The notes beneath the pieces are model-generated. The model had not been told where the DNA came from. It ran no database searches and saw only the letters and a program-made list of their open reading frames with translations. A program made the position numbers and the translations under genes. A stretch of 64,000 nucleotides of DNA, taken from Hyaloraphidium curvatum SAG 235-1. Taxonomy: Eukaryota > Fungi > Monoblepharomycota. Shown here piece after piece: positions 44,657-55,781 of this stretch. Every line of letters begins with the position of its first letter. Position 1 is the stretch's first letter. Where the stretch lies: the NCBI GenBank assembly GCA_025558095.1, contig JAIVFI010000002.1, positions 62,001 through 126,000 of the forward strand. Reading direction: 5' to 3'.

Positions 44657-45012
44657 CTGATTGGGGGCGATCGCCCTGCCGACGAAGCGGGGGGAGCGAG
44701 CCGGCGGAATAGGCAAACCTGAGCATGTCGTGCATGACTCCGCGGAGGTTCGGCGATATGCAGATAAGGCCGAGTTGCGTGCAGCTGCCCAACCACGGAT
44801 CTGACGGATCGGAGCCGGATTCCATCGTCCGCTCACATAAAGTGCAGTTTGCACTGCTTTTACGTCGGCACGGCGGCCCGCAAGGGCGCCGTTGACGCAA
44901 CGGCGTTGAAAGGTGGCGGGCGGCGCCTGAGCGGCGGCGCTGACTCCACAGCAGCAGCAAACAACGGCGCCCTGACCGGGGCAGGCCCCGGGTTCCCCCG
45001 GATCTGGGCCCG

Positions 45013-47388
45013 ATGGCCACTTTATTACCCGCGGCCCCCCCCGAGGCCGGGGAGGCGGAGGTTTCCAAGGCCGCCGACGCTTTGTCACTGGCGCCGTCGG
45101 CGGACAGCGAGCGGACGCTCGGGCTGCGGCGCGGCGAGGCGTCGGACCGCGCCACGGTGTCGTCGGCGGCGTCGCGGGATGACACTCTCGGCGGCGGAGG
45201 CGAGGAGGCCGAGGGCGGCGGGGGCGGCGGGCCCGCGCGGCTGCGGCACCGGCGGCGGCGGCACGACGGGCAGTCGCAGCTGTTTGCCCGCATCTCCTCG
45301 TTCCTGAACCCGCTGTTGCGGAGGATCCAGCGGACCGAACTGCGGCCCGACGCACGGGTCGACCTGCGGGGCGAGTGGCGGGCGGACTCCGCGGCGAGGG
45401 ACCGGGCCGCCGGCGGGGGCACCGCCGCCCAGGTGCGCGCCAGCATCGACGAGCTCGCCCACTCCGGCAAGGACACGCGGGTGCTCGAGAACATCGTCGG
45501 GGCGGCCGAGGCCGCGGCGCTGCTGGCCGGCCCGCGGCCCCGGGCATCTTCCCCCGGGCATCCCTCGGACACTGTTAGGCGGGGCACCGCGGAGGAGGTG
45601 CAGCTCCGCGATCTGGGCACCTCGGCGGCGCAGGCACCCGCGATCGTCGTGTCGCCGGCGGCGGACGAAGGGGAGGTCTCGCCGGTGCCGGTGCGTCCGG
45701 GCAAGTCGGCGCGGGCGGCCGAGCTGCTGGCCGGCCTGGCGCCCATCGACACGGGCCGCTTGCCACCTGCAGCCGCTCCGGAAGACGCCTACTTCATCCC
45801 GCTCAACGACACAGCGCCGTCGAGCGGCTCGCTCGCCTCGAAAGACGCATCTCCTCCCCCTGCCGAGGAAGCCACCGGCGAGTCCGCTGCCCCGGACCCC
45901 GCCACCGCCGACTCCCCCGCGCCCCCCGCGGCATGGGACCGCCGCAGCGTCGCCAGCAGCAACGCCGCCATCTTCCAGCCCTCGCTGCTCTCCACCTCCT
46001 CCGCCGTGCCCAACCTGGGCTTCGGCACCCCCGCCGCCCTCCCCCCCTTCCCCTTCCCCCTGCCGCCCGACACCCCCGCCCCCATCGACCCGGACCCGTC
46101 CCCGCCCGCATCGGCGGCGCCCCAGGCTGACCACGCGCGCGCGCCGCTCCCGCTGCGCATGTACCCGTACGAGGAGGACCTCGCGGTGGCGCGCATGGTC
46201 AGCGAGTCCGAGGACGAGGCCGAGCCGCCGGCGCAGTGTTCCCCGGAGGAACCGCCGCCCAGCGCGGACGAGCCGCCGGAGGAGGTGCAGAGCATCTCGG
46301 AGATCGTGTACCCGGCGCACTTTTTCCGGCGCGCGGGGCCCAGGTCGGGGGACCTGGCGTCGCTGAGGTCGAGCGGGCGGTCGTCGCGCTTCCGCACGCA
46401 CCGCTCGGCGTCGTTCGATTCGGGGTCGGAGCGGTCCAGCGTGCTCTCCAGGGACGACTCGGAGCTCCCCGACGCGGCGAGTTTCCTCGCCGACGCCCGC
46501 GCCCTGCTCCTTTCGGCGGTGCTGCGGTGCGAGGAGGGGCCGGGAGTCGCCCCTAGCGAGGCCAACGTGCTCAACAGGCGCAGGCTGGCGATCCAGTCTT
46601 CCCCGGCCTACCTGGCGCGCTCCGCCCCCGCCCCCAGGGAACGCGACGGCACGCTGACTTCCAGGCTGCGGAGGCTTGGCGCCTCGCGGCGGGTTTCGGA
46701 GCGGGACCGGGACCGGGACCGCGCGTCCCGCGGCGGCCGCCGCGAGGCGGACCCGCCGTACGTCCCGCACCACTTCGACGAGAAGCCCGTGGGGCAGCTG
46801 TACCGCTACCGCGGCGGCGTGCTGGAAGGGTGCTGGCTGCTGCGGCGCACGCTCGAGAACGCGACCCTGTGCGCGGCCGAGACGAGCGTGCGCGCCCTGT
46901 CGGAATTCGCGGACTACTCCGCGTACCTGAGCCTCTACTCGCAGGCGCTGCGGAGGGAGAAGGAGAGCGAGGGGCGGTGCGTGCGGTGGAGGCAGGGCCC
47001 GTTCGAGGGCGGGAGGGCGGGGATACTGAACCCGTTCCGGACGCGGAACGGGTGGGACGCCGCGAGGGTGTGCAAGGGGGTGATGCAGATGGTGCGGAGG
47101 GAGGCGGCGCGGAGGGCGGGGGAGGAGCAGTGCGCTGCCTCGGGGCTGTGGCCGGGGGATCTGGCGCCGCCCAAGGTGCGGGTGAGCGTGGGGTTCCCTT
47201 CGCACCACGCGCGGGCGGCGGCCGCGGCGGCGGCGGGACAGGGGCAGGGGCAGGAGAGGAGGAAGCCCAGCTTGGCAGCGCTGACTAAGGACGTGAGCAG
47301 GAAGGTGCTCCTGAGCATCGATCGCAAGCTCGAGGCGTGGGCGGGGGGTGCGGGAGCCGCGGCGTCGGCGGGGGCGGCGAACTTGTAG
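45013..47388 (+). CDS. Hypothetical low-complexity protein (791 aa) with a possible folded C-terminal domain
   Basis: Long intact ORF; Pro/Ser/Glu-rich core; no family recognised. Confidence 0.6.
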   Translation: MATLLPAAPPEAGEAEVSKAADALSLAPSADSERTLGLRRGEASDRATVSSAASRDDTLGGGGEEAEGGGGGGPARLRHRRRRHDGQSQLFARISSFLNPLLRRIQRTELRPDARVDLRGEWRADSAARDRAAGGGTAAQVRASIDELAHSGKDTRVLENIVGAAEAAALLAGPRPRASSPGHPSDTVRRGTAEEVQLRDLGTSAAQAPAIVVSPAADEGEVSPVPVRPGKSARAAELLAGLAPIDTGRLPPAAAPEDAYFIPLNDTAPSSGSLASKDASPPPAEEATGESAAPDPATADSPAPPAAWDRRSVASSNAAIFQPSLLSTSSAVPNLGFGTPAALPPFPFPLPPDTPAPIDPDPSPPASAAPQADHARAPLPLRMYPYEEDLAVARMVSESEDEAEPPAQCSPEEPPPSADEPPEEVQSISEIVYPAHFFRRAGPRSGDLASLRSSGRSSRFRTHRSASFDSGSERSSVLSRDDSELPDAASFLADARALLLSAVLRCEEGPGVAPSEANVLNRRRLAIQSSPAYLARSAPAPRERDGTLTSRLRRLGASRRVSERDRDRDRASRGGRREADPPYVPHHFDEKPVGQLYRYRGGVLEGCWLLRRTLENATLCAAETSVRALSEFADYSAYLSLYSQALRREKESEGRCVRWRQGPFEGGRAGILNPFRTRNGWDAARVCKGVMQMVRREAARRAGEEQCAASGLWPGDLAPPKVRVSVGFPSHHARAAAAAAAGQGQGQERRKPSLAALTKDVSRKVLLSIDRKLEAWAGGAGAAASAGAANL

Positions 47389-47533
47389 CTTCGTCTTGGC
47401 ATGTACTGTGCGTGGGAGGGGTGAAACGATCGGATTCAATGGGATCTGCACCGAAGTGTCCTCGCAAGCCTGCACCTGACGGGCCGTGCTTAGGCGAGCT
47501 CCTTGGCCAACTATTCCCACAACCCCGCCCCCG

Positions 47534-49008
47534 ATGTCCGCCGCCCGCGCCTCCGACCGCGAGGCCGAGGAGGCCTCGCTGCTTCCCGACGCCGCGCCGC
47601 CGTCACCGGGCAGCAGTGCGCCGCCGCGCTACAGCATCGCGCTCGGCGACCCGCCCGCCGACCCGCCCGCCGAGCCCGTCGCCCCCGCGGCGTCGTCGTC
47701 CTCGGCGCCCGGCCCGATAGACGCGGAGCTTAGAGCGTTCACGCACGATGGTATGTCGGCTGCGCTGGACGGTAGGGGTGGTACGGGGCGTCTAACCGAC
47801 CGCCGCCCCCCCGATGCCTTGCGTCGGCCGCCCCCGACCAGTCGACGCCCTCTTCTCGCACATCGACTCGCTGCGCGGCACACCCGCCGAGAAGCTGCCC
47901 ACATACACCGAGGCCGTCTCCGCCCCCGCCACCGCCGTGCGGCTGGGCGACGGCACCACCGTCGTGCAGTCGTCGGCCGCGGGCGTGGCGGTGCAGCACA
48001 ACCCGTTCGTGACCTACGAGAGAACTTATGGGGAGGAGGAGGTGTACGTGGAGGGGTGGGTGGTGGGGTCGTGGGTGGTGTTCCTGCTCAACTGCGTCGG
48101 TGGGTCGCCCCCTCCGTTGCCTTCCCGAACTTGCGCTCACTCCCGGTTGTCGGTTAGCCTCGACGGCGTTCGACTTCATCGGCTTCGTCCTGACCTTCTT
48201 CCTCGCCACCTCGCACGCCGCGCGCGAGGGCGCCCGCGCCGGCCTGGGCGTCACCCTGGTGCGCTACGGCCTGTACGTGCACGACCACGCCGGCGACCCC
48301 GAGATGGACGGGCGGTGGCGGGAGGACTACGCGATGGGGCGGAACGGAACGGCGGCGGAGGGGGACGCCGACGGGGACAATCAGGCGCCGGCAGGCAACG
48401 CGACGGCGCCGGCCGCCAACGCCACGGCTGCGGGGGAGCTCGAGATGCACCCCGCAAACTGGACCTCGCTCGGCAATGGCACGCTCGCCCCCGAGGGCAC
48501 CGTTCGCATCTCGGACGCCCTGAACGGCACCGCCAACGCCACCTTCCCCCTCCTCAACGCCACCTCCCCTTCCCCCCTAAATTCGACCGACTCCCTGAAC
48601 CTCACCCTCCCCTCTGCGCCCACCCTCCCCGCCCCGCTCTTTGCCCGGCAGCAGCCCGCCCCCTCGGACGTGGAGTTCACCTCGTACACCGGGCTCTTCA
48701 TGATGGTCCTGGGGTGGGTGCTCATCTTCCGCGCCGTGGTCGCGTTCGCGCGCGTGCGGCGGATGGAGGCGCTGGCGTTGAGGGGGGCGAGCGCGACGCC
48801 GGGGGAGGGGTGGTTCGGTGGGTGGGCTCAGCCACCTGCGGCGGCGCCGGCGGAGGAGGGGGCGAGGGAGGGGGAGGGGGAGGAGGCGGTGCAGCTGCCG
48901 CCCGATGCCGGTGCGCGGGGGTCGGAGGAGGTTGGAGAGGGGCAGCCGAGGGATGAAGAGGCGCAGGGGGAGGGGCGGGCGAGGTGGTTGCTAAGGAGGG
49001 AGGTGTAG
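47534..49008 (+). CDS. BSD2: Bsd2/NDFIP-type Rsp5 adaptor (metal homeostasis)
   Basis: PY motifs PPRY and LPTY; VEG..VGSW..F..N...S..FDFIGFVLTFFLATSHAAREGARAGLG; two introns. Confidence 0.88.
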
Positions 49009-49662
49009 GCCGCGAAGTCGCGAAGGGGAATGACGAATATTGCGTTTGCTCGATTCGCCCGCTGCCGGTCAGTAGCCTCGTCCAGCAGAGTGGATGCTTG
49101 CTGAGCCATCGAATCCATGGCCTGAACACTGGTTTTGGTTCGACGTGCTTGGCCCGCGGATGGATGTCCTCCCTCTCCTTGTCCTCTTGACCGGCTCGAA
49201 ACACATCCAATTCAGTAGATCTCCAGCATCCAGCGATAGATCCACATCATCTACAATGCGCACCCCTGCAAAATAAGCCTGATGGAGGAATCTTGTGCCG
49301 TTTCGTGCAGCTACAAGACGCCCGTGCGACGTGAGTGGTGCTCGGTCGGCCAGGCGCAACGACTTTTCTGCCCGCCCGACCGGAACCTTGCCGAACGGCC
49401 GGCACCGTCCTCCGCGCCGCCACCCGCCCTTTCGCGCCTCGCCGGACGCGCCCCGCGCCGCGCACCGTGCGGAACGCGGGGAGGCCGGGGGGAACGCGCG
49501 CTGGGTGACCCCACGGAGCCCGACGCGCTGACACCGCCAGGCGCCGGCGATTCGCTCCGCGCCCCGGCATACGGCAATTCCGGACGATCCGACCGCGGCT
49601 AGGTGGCCGCAGATACCTTTTCCGCGGAGGGAGCCGGGCGGCACCGCACCGTTCCCGTTGAG

Positions 49663-52600
49663 ATGGCGACGTGGGGCTTCGGCTTCGCGGACATCATCGG
49701 GTCGGACCCCGAGCCGCTGCTGCCGCTGCTGCCGCCGGTCTCGGCGGTGGTCGGCGCCGCGCAGCCGGGCGCGCAGCCCGCGGGGCCTCCGCCCGCGGGT
49801 GCGCAGGACGTCCCGCAGGGGCACCTGCCGCCGCGCCTGGCAAAGATCAAGCAAGGCGGGCCCGCTGCGGCGCCGGCAGCCGGACAGGCACCGCAGAATG
49901 GCCCCGGTTTCTCGGTGTTTTTCAGGCCGCCCGTGGACACTTCCCCGGCCGGCACCCCGGACGCCCCACTCCCGCAAGCCGCATACACGCTCAAGCCCGC
50001 ACCGATACCCAACCCTGCCGCATCATCTGCATCATCCGGCACCAACACCGCACCTCCCCCCTCATCCGCCCCCACGGACCCCTCGCACCGCGTGTACATC
50101 TACCCCCTCGACCCCTCGCTCCCCGCGTCGGCCGTGCAGTCCGCCTTCGAGGCCGCCTTCGGCCGCGGCGCCGCGGCGCGGGTGGACGTGAACCCGCGCG
50201 GGTTCGGCTTCGTGCACTGCCGCGACGCCGGGGCAAAGGCCGAGTCGATGGCAAGGGGGGCGTTCCAGCTCGGTGGGGCGACGGTCAAGGTGCGCGAGTT
50301 CAGGGGCGGGGCGGGGGCGGCGCAGCCTGCCGCCGAGAGGAAGGATGTGAGGGGCAGGGGCAGGGGGAGGGACGGGTCTACGGGTGGGCAAGGGGTGAAC
50401 GGGGTCGTGAACGGCGCACCGCAGCAGCAGCAGCAGCAGCAGCCGGCCAAGGAACCCGCCAACGACGGCAAGAAGCCCGCGCCGCAGGTGCAGCAACCCG
50501 CCAAGGAGCCCGAGAAGCCCAAGCAGCAGCGCAAGAAGGCCGCCAACCCGTACTCGGCGCTCGGGCAGACGCAGCTCGAGGCGGACGAGGAGCTCGCGCG
50601 CAGGCTGCAGGCCGAGGAGGAGGAGGAAGCTCGCAGGGAGCGCGAGCGCGCGGCCGAGCAGGCGAGGAGCAGGGCGGCGCAGGTGCAGGCGCAAGCGCAG
50701 GCGGCCGCGGCGGCGAAGAAGGAGGTTCCCGCCAAGCAGCCCGCCAAGGTCGAGCCGGTCAAGGCCAAGCCGGCCCCTGAACCCGCCAAGCCCGAGCCGG
50801 CCAAGCCTGCCGCGACAAGCAAGCCCGCGCCGGAACCCCACAAGCTCCCCGAGAAGGCCGCCGCGAAGCACGAGCCCGCCAAGCAGCCCGAGCCGGTCAA
50901 GCAGCCCGAGCCGAGCAAGGCGGCCAAGCCCAAGGAGCAGCCCAAGCACGTTTCCGAGCCCGCGAGATCGGCCCCGGAGCTGTCGAAACCCGCCGCTTCG
51001 CAGCCCAAGCCCGTCGTTGAGCACGCCAAGCCCGAGCCTAGCAAGGCGGCGGAGAAGAAGGACACGGGCAAGCCGGCGCCCGAGCCCGCCAAGCCCTCCG
51101 AGCCCGCCAAGCCAGCCCTTTTGGCCGAGCAGGGCAAGTCCAAGGAACAGCCCAAGCCCGCTGCAGCGCCCGCCAAGGTGACACAACCGGAGCCAGTCAA
51201 GCCCAAGGAGCAGCCTGCCCCGGTCCAGCAGCAGGCGCCCGAACCGGTCGCGACCGAGGTGCCGGCCAAGGAGCAGGCCAAGCCCGCGGAGCAGGCCAAG
51301 GTCGCGGAACCGTCCAAGCCCGCGGAGCAGCCGAAACCCGCGGAGCAGCCGGCCGAGAGCGGCAAGAAGAAGAAGAGCAAGGCCGCGGCCGCGCCGCCCG
51401 CCCCCGCGCAGGAAGCCAAGCCCGATCCTCCCGCGGAACCCGCTCCCGCCCCGCAACCGGCTCCCGCACCCCAACACGAGCCGGAACCCAAGCCCGTTGT
51501 GCACAAGGTCCCCTCGGAGGAGACCATCGCGGCCCCCGAGGCCGACGACGACGACGGGACCGAGGACGACGGCGGCGGGCCGGCGGGCAAGAACGCGAGG
51601 AAGAACAAGAAGAAGAAGGAGAAGGCCAAGGAGAAGGCGAGGATGCAGAAGGAGTCGGGCAAGGGCGGGGCGGCGCCGGCGGCGTCTGCTGGGGCGGGAG
51701 GGCACGTGCCTGAGAAGGCGGCGGACGAGGCGAGGCGGTTGATGGATGATGGGAAGGGGGAGGAGGCGCTCAAGATTCTGAACGCGGCGATCGGTGGGTC
51801 CTCGTCTTTTGGAGCCAGCCCTTTTGGGTCTGACGAAGGGTGCTCGATGAACCCACAGCCGCGGCGCAGCCCTTCCGCGTGCTCAACTCCCTCCTCCTGC
51901 TCCGCGCTGAGCAGCTCCTCGCCTCCGACCGCCCCGAGGAGGCCTCCAAGGACTGCCTCCGCGTGCTCGCTGCCTCGGACTCGGAATACCCCCGCGCCTA
52001 CCTCCTCCAGGCCCGCTCCCAGGCGCGGCTGCACCGCCCGCCCTCGCAGCTCGTCCCCTTCCTCGAGAAGGCCCTCAACAAGACGCGGCACCTGGCCGGG
52101 GAGGACCCGGACGCGCTGGCGGATCTGCTGGAGAGCCTGGGGGAGGTGGAGAGGATGTTGGTGCAGGCGGAGGAGATGGTGTGCAGGGGAGGGGATTTCG
52201 AGGGGGCGCTGGAGATGTTCGACGGGGCGATGGAGGAGTGGCTCGATGCCGTTTACGGTGGTGCTTTTGGCCGCCGCTCTGGGATTGCACAGCTTGCTGA
52301 CATACACGTTCGTAGAACAAGACGAGGGGCGCGATCTGGACAGCTCATGGGAGGACGCGGCGAGGCTCTCGCGGGCGTGGCGGCTCAAGAGGGCGAGGCT
52401 GCTTCTGTCCACGGGCGAATTTGGGACGGCTCGGCTCGCGACGTGTGTTCGCTTCTTGTCTTCGTCCCGGCTTGGTCTGACCTTTGTCGATTCCAGTGCC
52501 CAGGTGGCCGAGGACCTCAACGACCCCGACTTCCTCTACGTGCGCGCGCTGGCCGTCATCCTCGAGGACGGGATCGAGGCGGTGCCGCAGGTGGAGGAGA

Positions 52601-54144
52601 TCCTCAAGAAGGGGGCGTCGATCAAGAAGCCCAACAACAAGGTAGGTTCTAGCCAGTATCGTGTGGACTGTCAGTTTTCACCTCAGGGGTGCCTTTTGTT
52701 CCCACAGTGCCAGACGCTCGCGCAGACCTTCCGCCGCATCACGGACCTTCGGCACCAGGCCAACATCGCCGCCAAGAACAAGCCGCTCGAGGCCAACGCG
52801 ATGCTCTCTCAGTGCATGTCGCTCTTTGCCCGCATCAGCGACCCCGCTGCCCTGGGCTGGTTCGCCATGGACGCCGAGGCGCTCGACGCAATCGAGGACG
52901 ACGCGTGGCGGCAGGGCGGCTACGCCGGCGTCCGCGTGCTGGTGGCCATCGGGCAGGCCAACCTCGCCGCCAAACACTACGGCGAGGCCCAGTCGGCCTA
53001 CTCCTCGGCGCTGCAGAACCTCTTCGAGCTTCTCAACACTGGCCCGGACAACGACCCTGAGCCGGGCGAACTGCCATACCCCGAGGACCTGGCGGAGGAT
53101 GGGTCGCCGTGGCTGGGGACGCTCGCGGCCGCGCATGCGGGGCACGGGCAAGCGCTCTCGGGGCTGAGGTACTTCAGCGAGGCGGTGGACGAGTTTGCCT
53201 ACGCTGTCAGGATCGCGCCCAAGAACGCCGGTGAGTGCTCGGCTACATTGCGTGCGTCGTCTATGCTGGTCCCTGACCTGTGCTATCCCGATCAGAGTAT
53301 GCCACGATGTTCCGGAAGGCCGAGGAGGACGAGATTAAGGACCGCGAAGCGCAGGCCGCCGCCGAGGCCGAGGCCGCCCGTCAGCGGGCCCAGGAGGAGG
53401 CGCGCCGCAAGAAGGCGGCCGAGGAGCAGGCCCGCGCCAAGGCCAAGGCCAAGCAGCAGCAGCAGCAGGCGCCGCCGCCGTCGGGCTCTTCGTCGTCGAG
53501 GCCACAGGGCAACGGCTACGGCGGATTCCCTGGCGGGGGTGGCGGCTACGGCGGATCGGGGAAGCAAGGCACCGGATCGTCGTCTCGTTCTGGCGGCGGA
53601 GTCCGCGAGGGCAAGGTCAACTACTTCGAGGTTCTGGGGGTCTCCGAGGAGGCCTCGGACGACGAGATCAAGAGGGTCGGTGGCGTATCATTTGCGAATC
53701 GGCGATCAGCGTGGTGACCGCCGCGTCCACAGGCCTATAAGTACCTCGCCCTCCAGTGCCACCCCGACAGGCACGTCGCGGCCACCGAAGAAGAGCGCTT
53801 CGAGCAGGAGCAGAAGTTCAAGGTCGTCTCGGAGGCCTACACGGTGCTCAGCGACCCGGATAAGAGGCGGCAGTGGGAGATGGGCGACGACGATTTCGGC
53901 TTCGAGATCAACCTCGAGGACATCCTCATGCAGTGAGCGCCGCCGCGTTTCCGCCGGGTCCACCTTGCTGATCGCCCCGGCCGGCATCAGGATGTTCATG
54001 TCGCAGATGATGGGCGGTGGACGCGGCGGGGGAGCACGGCGCGGCGGTGGAGGCAGGGGTGGCTCGCCCTTCGCGTCGTTCTTCTTCGGCGGCGGGTTCG
54101 AGAGCATGTTCGGATTCGACGACGACGATTATCCCCCGAAGTGA
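49663..54144 (+). CDS. Large TPR + J-domain co-chaperone (DNAJC7-like) with N-terminal RRM/RGG and Pro/Lys/Glu repeat
   Basis: J domain NYFEVLGV...AYKYLALQCHPDRH...FKVVSEAYTVLSDP after splicing; TPR-like helices; RNP1 RGFGFV; several introns. Confidence 0.8.
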   Translation: MATWGFGFADIIGSDPEPLLPLLPPVSAVVGAAQPGAQPAGPPPAGAQDVPQGHLPPRLAKIKQGGPAAAPAAGQAPQNGPGFSVFFRPPVDTSPAGTPDAPLPQAAYTLKPAPIPNPAASSASSGTNTAPPPSSAPTDPSHRVYIYPLDPSLPASAVQSAFEAAFGRGAAARVDVNPRGFGFVHCRDAGAKAESMARGAFQLGGATVKVREFRGGAGAAQPAAERKDVRGRGRGRDGSTGGQGVNGVVNGAPQQQQQQQPAKEPANDGKKPAPQVQQPAKEPEKPKQQRKKAANPYSALGQTQLEADEELARRLQAEEEEEARRERERAAEQARSRAAQVQAQAQAAAAAKKEVPAKQPAKVEPVKAKPAPEPAKPEPAKPAATSKPAPEPHKLPEKAAAKHEPAKQPEPVKQPEPSKAAKPKEQPKHVSEPARSAPELSKPAASQPKPVVEHAKPEPSKAAEKKDTGKPAPEPAKPSEPAKPALLAEQGKSKEQPKPAAAPAKVTQPEPVKPKEQPAPVQQQAPEPVATEVPAKEQAKPAEQAKVAEPSKPAEQPKPAEQPAESGKKKKSKAAAAPPAPAQEAKPDPPAEPAPAPQPAPAPQHEPEPKPVVHKVPSEETIAAPEADDDDGTEDDGGGPAGKNARKNKKKKEKAKEKARMQKESGKGGAAPAASAGAGGHVPEKAADEARRLMDDGKGEEALKILNAAIGGSSSFGASPFGSDEGCSMNPQPRRSPSACSTPSSCSALSSSSPPTAPRRPPRTASACSLPRTRNTPAPTSSRPAPRRGCTARPRSSSPSSRRPSTRRGTWPGRTRTRWRICWRAWGRWRGCWCRRRRWCAGEGISRGRWRCSTGRWRSGSMPFTVVLLAAALGLHSLLTYTFVEQDEGRDLDSSWEDAARLSRAWRLKRARLLLSTGEFGTARLATCVRFLSSSRLGLTFVDSSAQVAEDLNDPDFLYVRALAVILEDGIEAVPQVEEILKKGASIKKPNNKVGSSQYRVDCQFSPQGCLLFPQCQTLAQTFRRITDLRHQANIAAKNKPLEANAMLSQCMSLFARISDPAALGWFAMDAEALDAIEDDAWRQGGYAGVRVLVAIGQANLAAKHYGEAQSAYSSALQNLFELLNTGPDNDPEPGELPYPEDLAEDGSPWLGTLAAAHAGHGQALSGLRYFSEAVDEFAYAVRIAPKNAGECSATLRASSMLVPDLCYPDQSMPRCSGRPRRTRLRTAKRRPPPRPRPPVSGPRRRRAARRRPRSRPAPRPRPSSSSSRRRRRRALRRRGHRATATADSLAGVAATADRGSKAPDRRLVLAAESARARSTTSRFWGSPRRPRTTRSRGSVAYHLRIGDQRGDRRVHRPISTSPSSATPTGTSRPPKKSASSRSRSSRSSRRPTRCSATRIRGGSGRWATTISASRSTSRTSSCSERRRVSAGSTLLIAPAGIRMFMSQMMGGGRGGGARRGGGGRGGSPFASFFFGGGFESMFGFDDDDYPPK
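50440..51500 (+). repeat. Coding low-complexity repeat (PAK/PEP/EQPK units)
   Basis: Many imperfect cccgccaag/gagccc units. Confidence 0.7.
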
Positions 54145-54548
54145 GCAGGCCGACACTCGCTGGCTAGGATTTGTGTTGACTTGAGACTTGAAGGCGTGGC
54201 CAACGTTCTCGTCGGCGGTGACATCCCGGGACATCATGAGCAGAGAACCCGGATTGCGCGAGCAAAGGGTGGATTGCGAGATAGGAACGCGGTGGGAAGG
54301 GAAGCGAGGCGGCGCCTGACGCATGGTCACCGTGGTCTTGGAAGACGGCCTGGAAGCGAGATACCCCGCTTTATCCTGGACGATGTAGCGGCTGCGGTCA
54401 GGTAATCTGAGGCTGTGTCGTCTACCATTGGCACCGTCCTGAACTCCAAAGATTGGCACAACTATGGACTTTAGTTGCTCACTACTCGGGTGCCTCCAAC
54501 GACCGCCACCTCATGGCCCCCGTTTCAACACGCCCTCCATCGACGAGC

Positions 54549-55461
54549 TCAGAGCTCCGAGTAGCGGTTTCGGATGGCAAAGTGGCACCCATCCTCGGGC
54601 TTGCACTCCCTCCTCCCGTCGGGCCCAGTCTTGGTCTTGGTCGCGAGGTCCGAGAGGTGGTAGTGCGCGTCGAGGGGATTCCCCGCCGGTCGCTCTTCTT
54701 CCTCCTCCGTCGCGTTCTCCTCGTGGTGATGGTGGTGCCGGGGAGCTGCTCGTTGCCCGGCAACTCAATCTCAACCTCTCCCGTTCCGCAAGGCCGGAAG
54801 GAACCCACCGAGCCCCTCCAGTAGCTCGTTCATCTCCTTCATCAGCTCCAATGCCATGATGTGCCTGTCCAGCTCCGCGTTCTGCCGCTTGTGCCCCTCA
54901 TGGCAGCGGTGCTTGGGCCCGAGGTTGGCCAGCACCTCCGAGAGCTCCTCGTACGAGGCGCCAGCGGCACGGCGGTGGGTGTAGGCGCCGAGGCGGGAGG
55001 CGGGTGCGCGCTCGGAGCGGAGGAGGGAGAGGGAGGGGTGGGAGGCGTAGGTGGCGGCGAGCAGCGCGGCTGGAGGCCGGAAGCACATGAAAATCCAGGT
55101 GTCAAGCTCCATGGCAGGCCACGGACGAAGGCAGCCCACCTGCGAGCAGCGCCGCGACCCCCAAAATCACTTTCCACGGCTCGATCGGCCTCCTGCCTTC
55201 CGCCTCCTTCGGGCTACCGCCGTCCGCCGCCGGGGTCGCTGGCGGGCTCAGCGCGAGCACGTCAAGCAGCGCCCCGAACGCCCCCCGTACGGTGGCCTTG
55301 TTCACGGCGACGGACGTCGACACCTTCCGCTTGCTCTTGCGGCGCTCGATCTTGGTCGTCGGGGAGGAGAGGGAGCGGCGGAGGTTGGTGCGCAGCTGCG
55401 CGAGCCGGTCGGGTTCGGCCGCGCCCGAGGAGGCACGGGCGCCGGGCTGCGGAGACGCCAT
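54549..55461 (-). CDS. Hypothetical single-pass membrane protein with His tract, ending in YSEL
   Basis: MASPQPG...WKVILGVAALLA|...ELLEGL|APRHHHHHEE...RNRYSEL*, using two GT-AG introns. Confidence 0.55.
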
Positions 55462-55781
55462 CACGGGCGTGCGCCACAGAATGCAGCCGATGCCGGCGGA
55501 CCCGGGCGGGATGCGATGCGGGAGACGGTGGAGTCGGGCGGGCGATTTGGGGGTATCGCTTCTGTTTGGATCGGCGACCCTTGCGCGCACGACCCCCGGA
55601 AGACCTCATCGCAGAGCCTGGCAGAAACAAAGAAAATTGTTGTGTTTGGTGCGGGTTCAACAACGAGAAAGGAGAGATACTTCGCAACGTGGCCACCCCA
55701 GCATTTTTGATTGTAGAGTACACCTTGCCCCCCGGGCACCAAAGAAGGAGGCACGAAGGGCCGACATACGGTCCTCTTTTG

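Noticed and set aside
45085-52520. Very long antisense ORFs (45085-47520, 50100-52520; likewise 36819-38339, 54861-56846, 58788-60746)
   Set aside because: Shadows of real genes caused by high GC and scarce stop codons.
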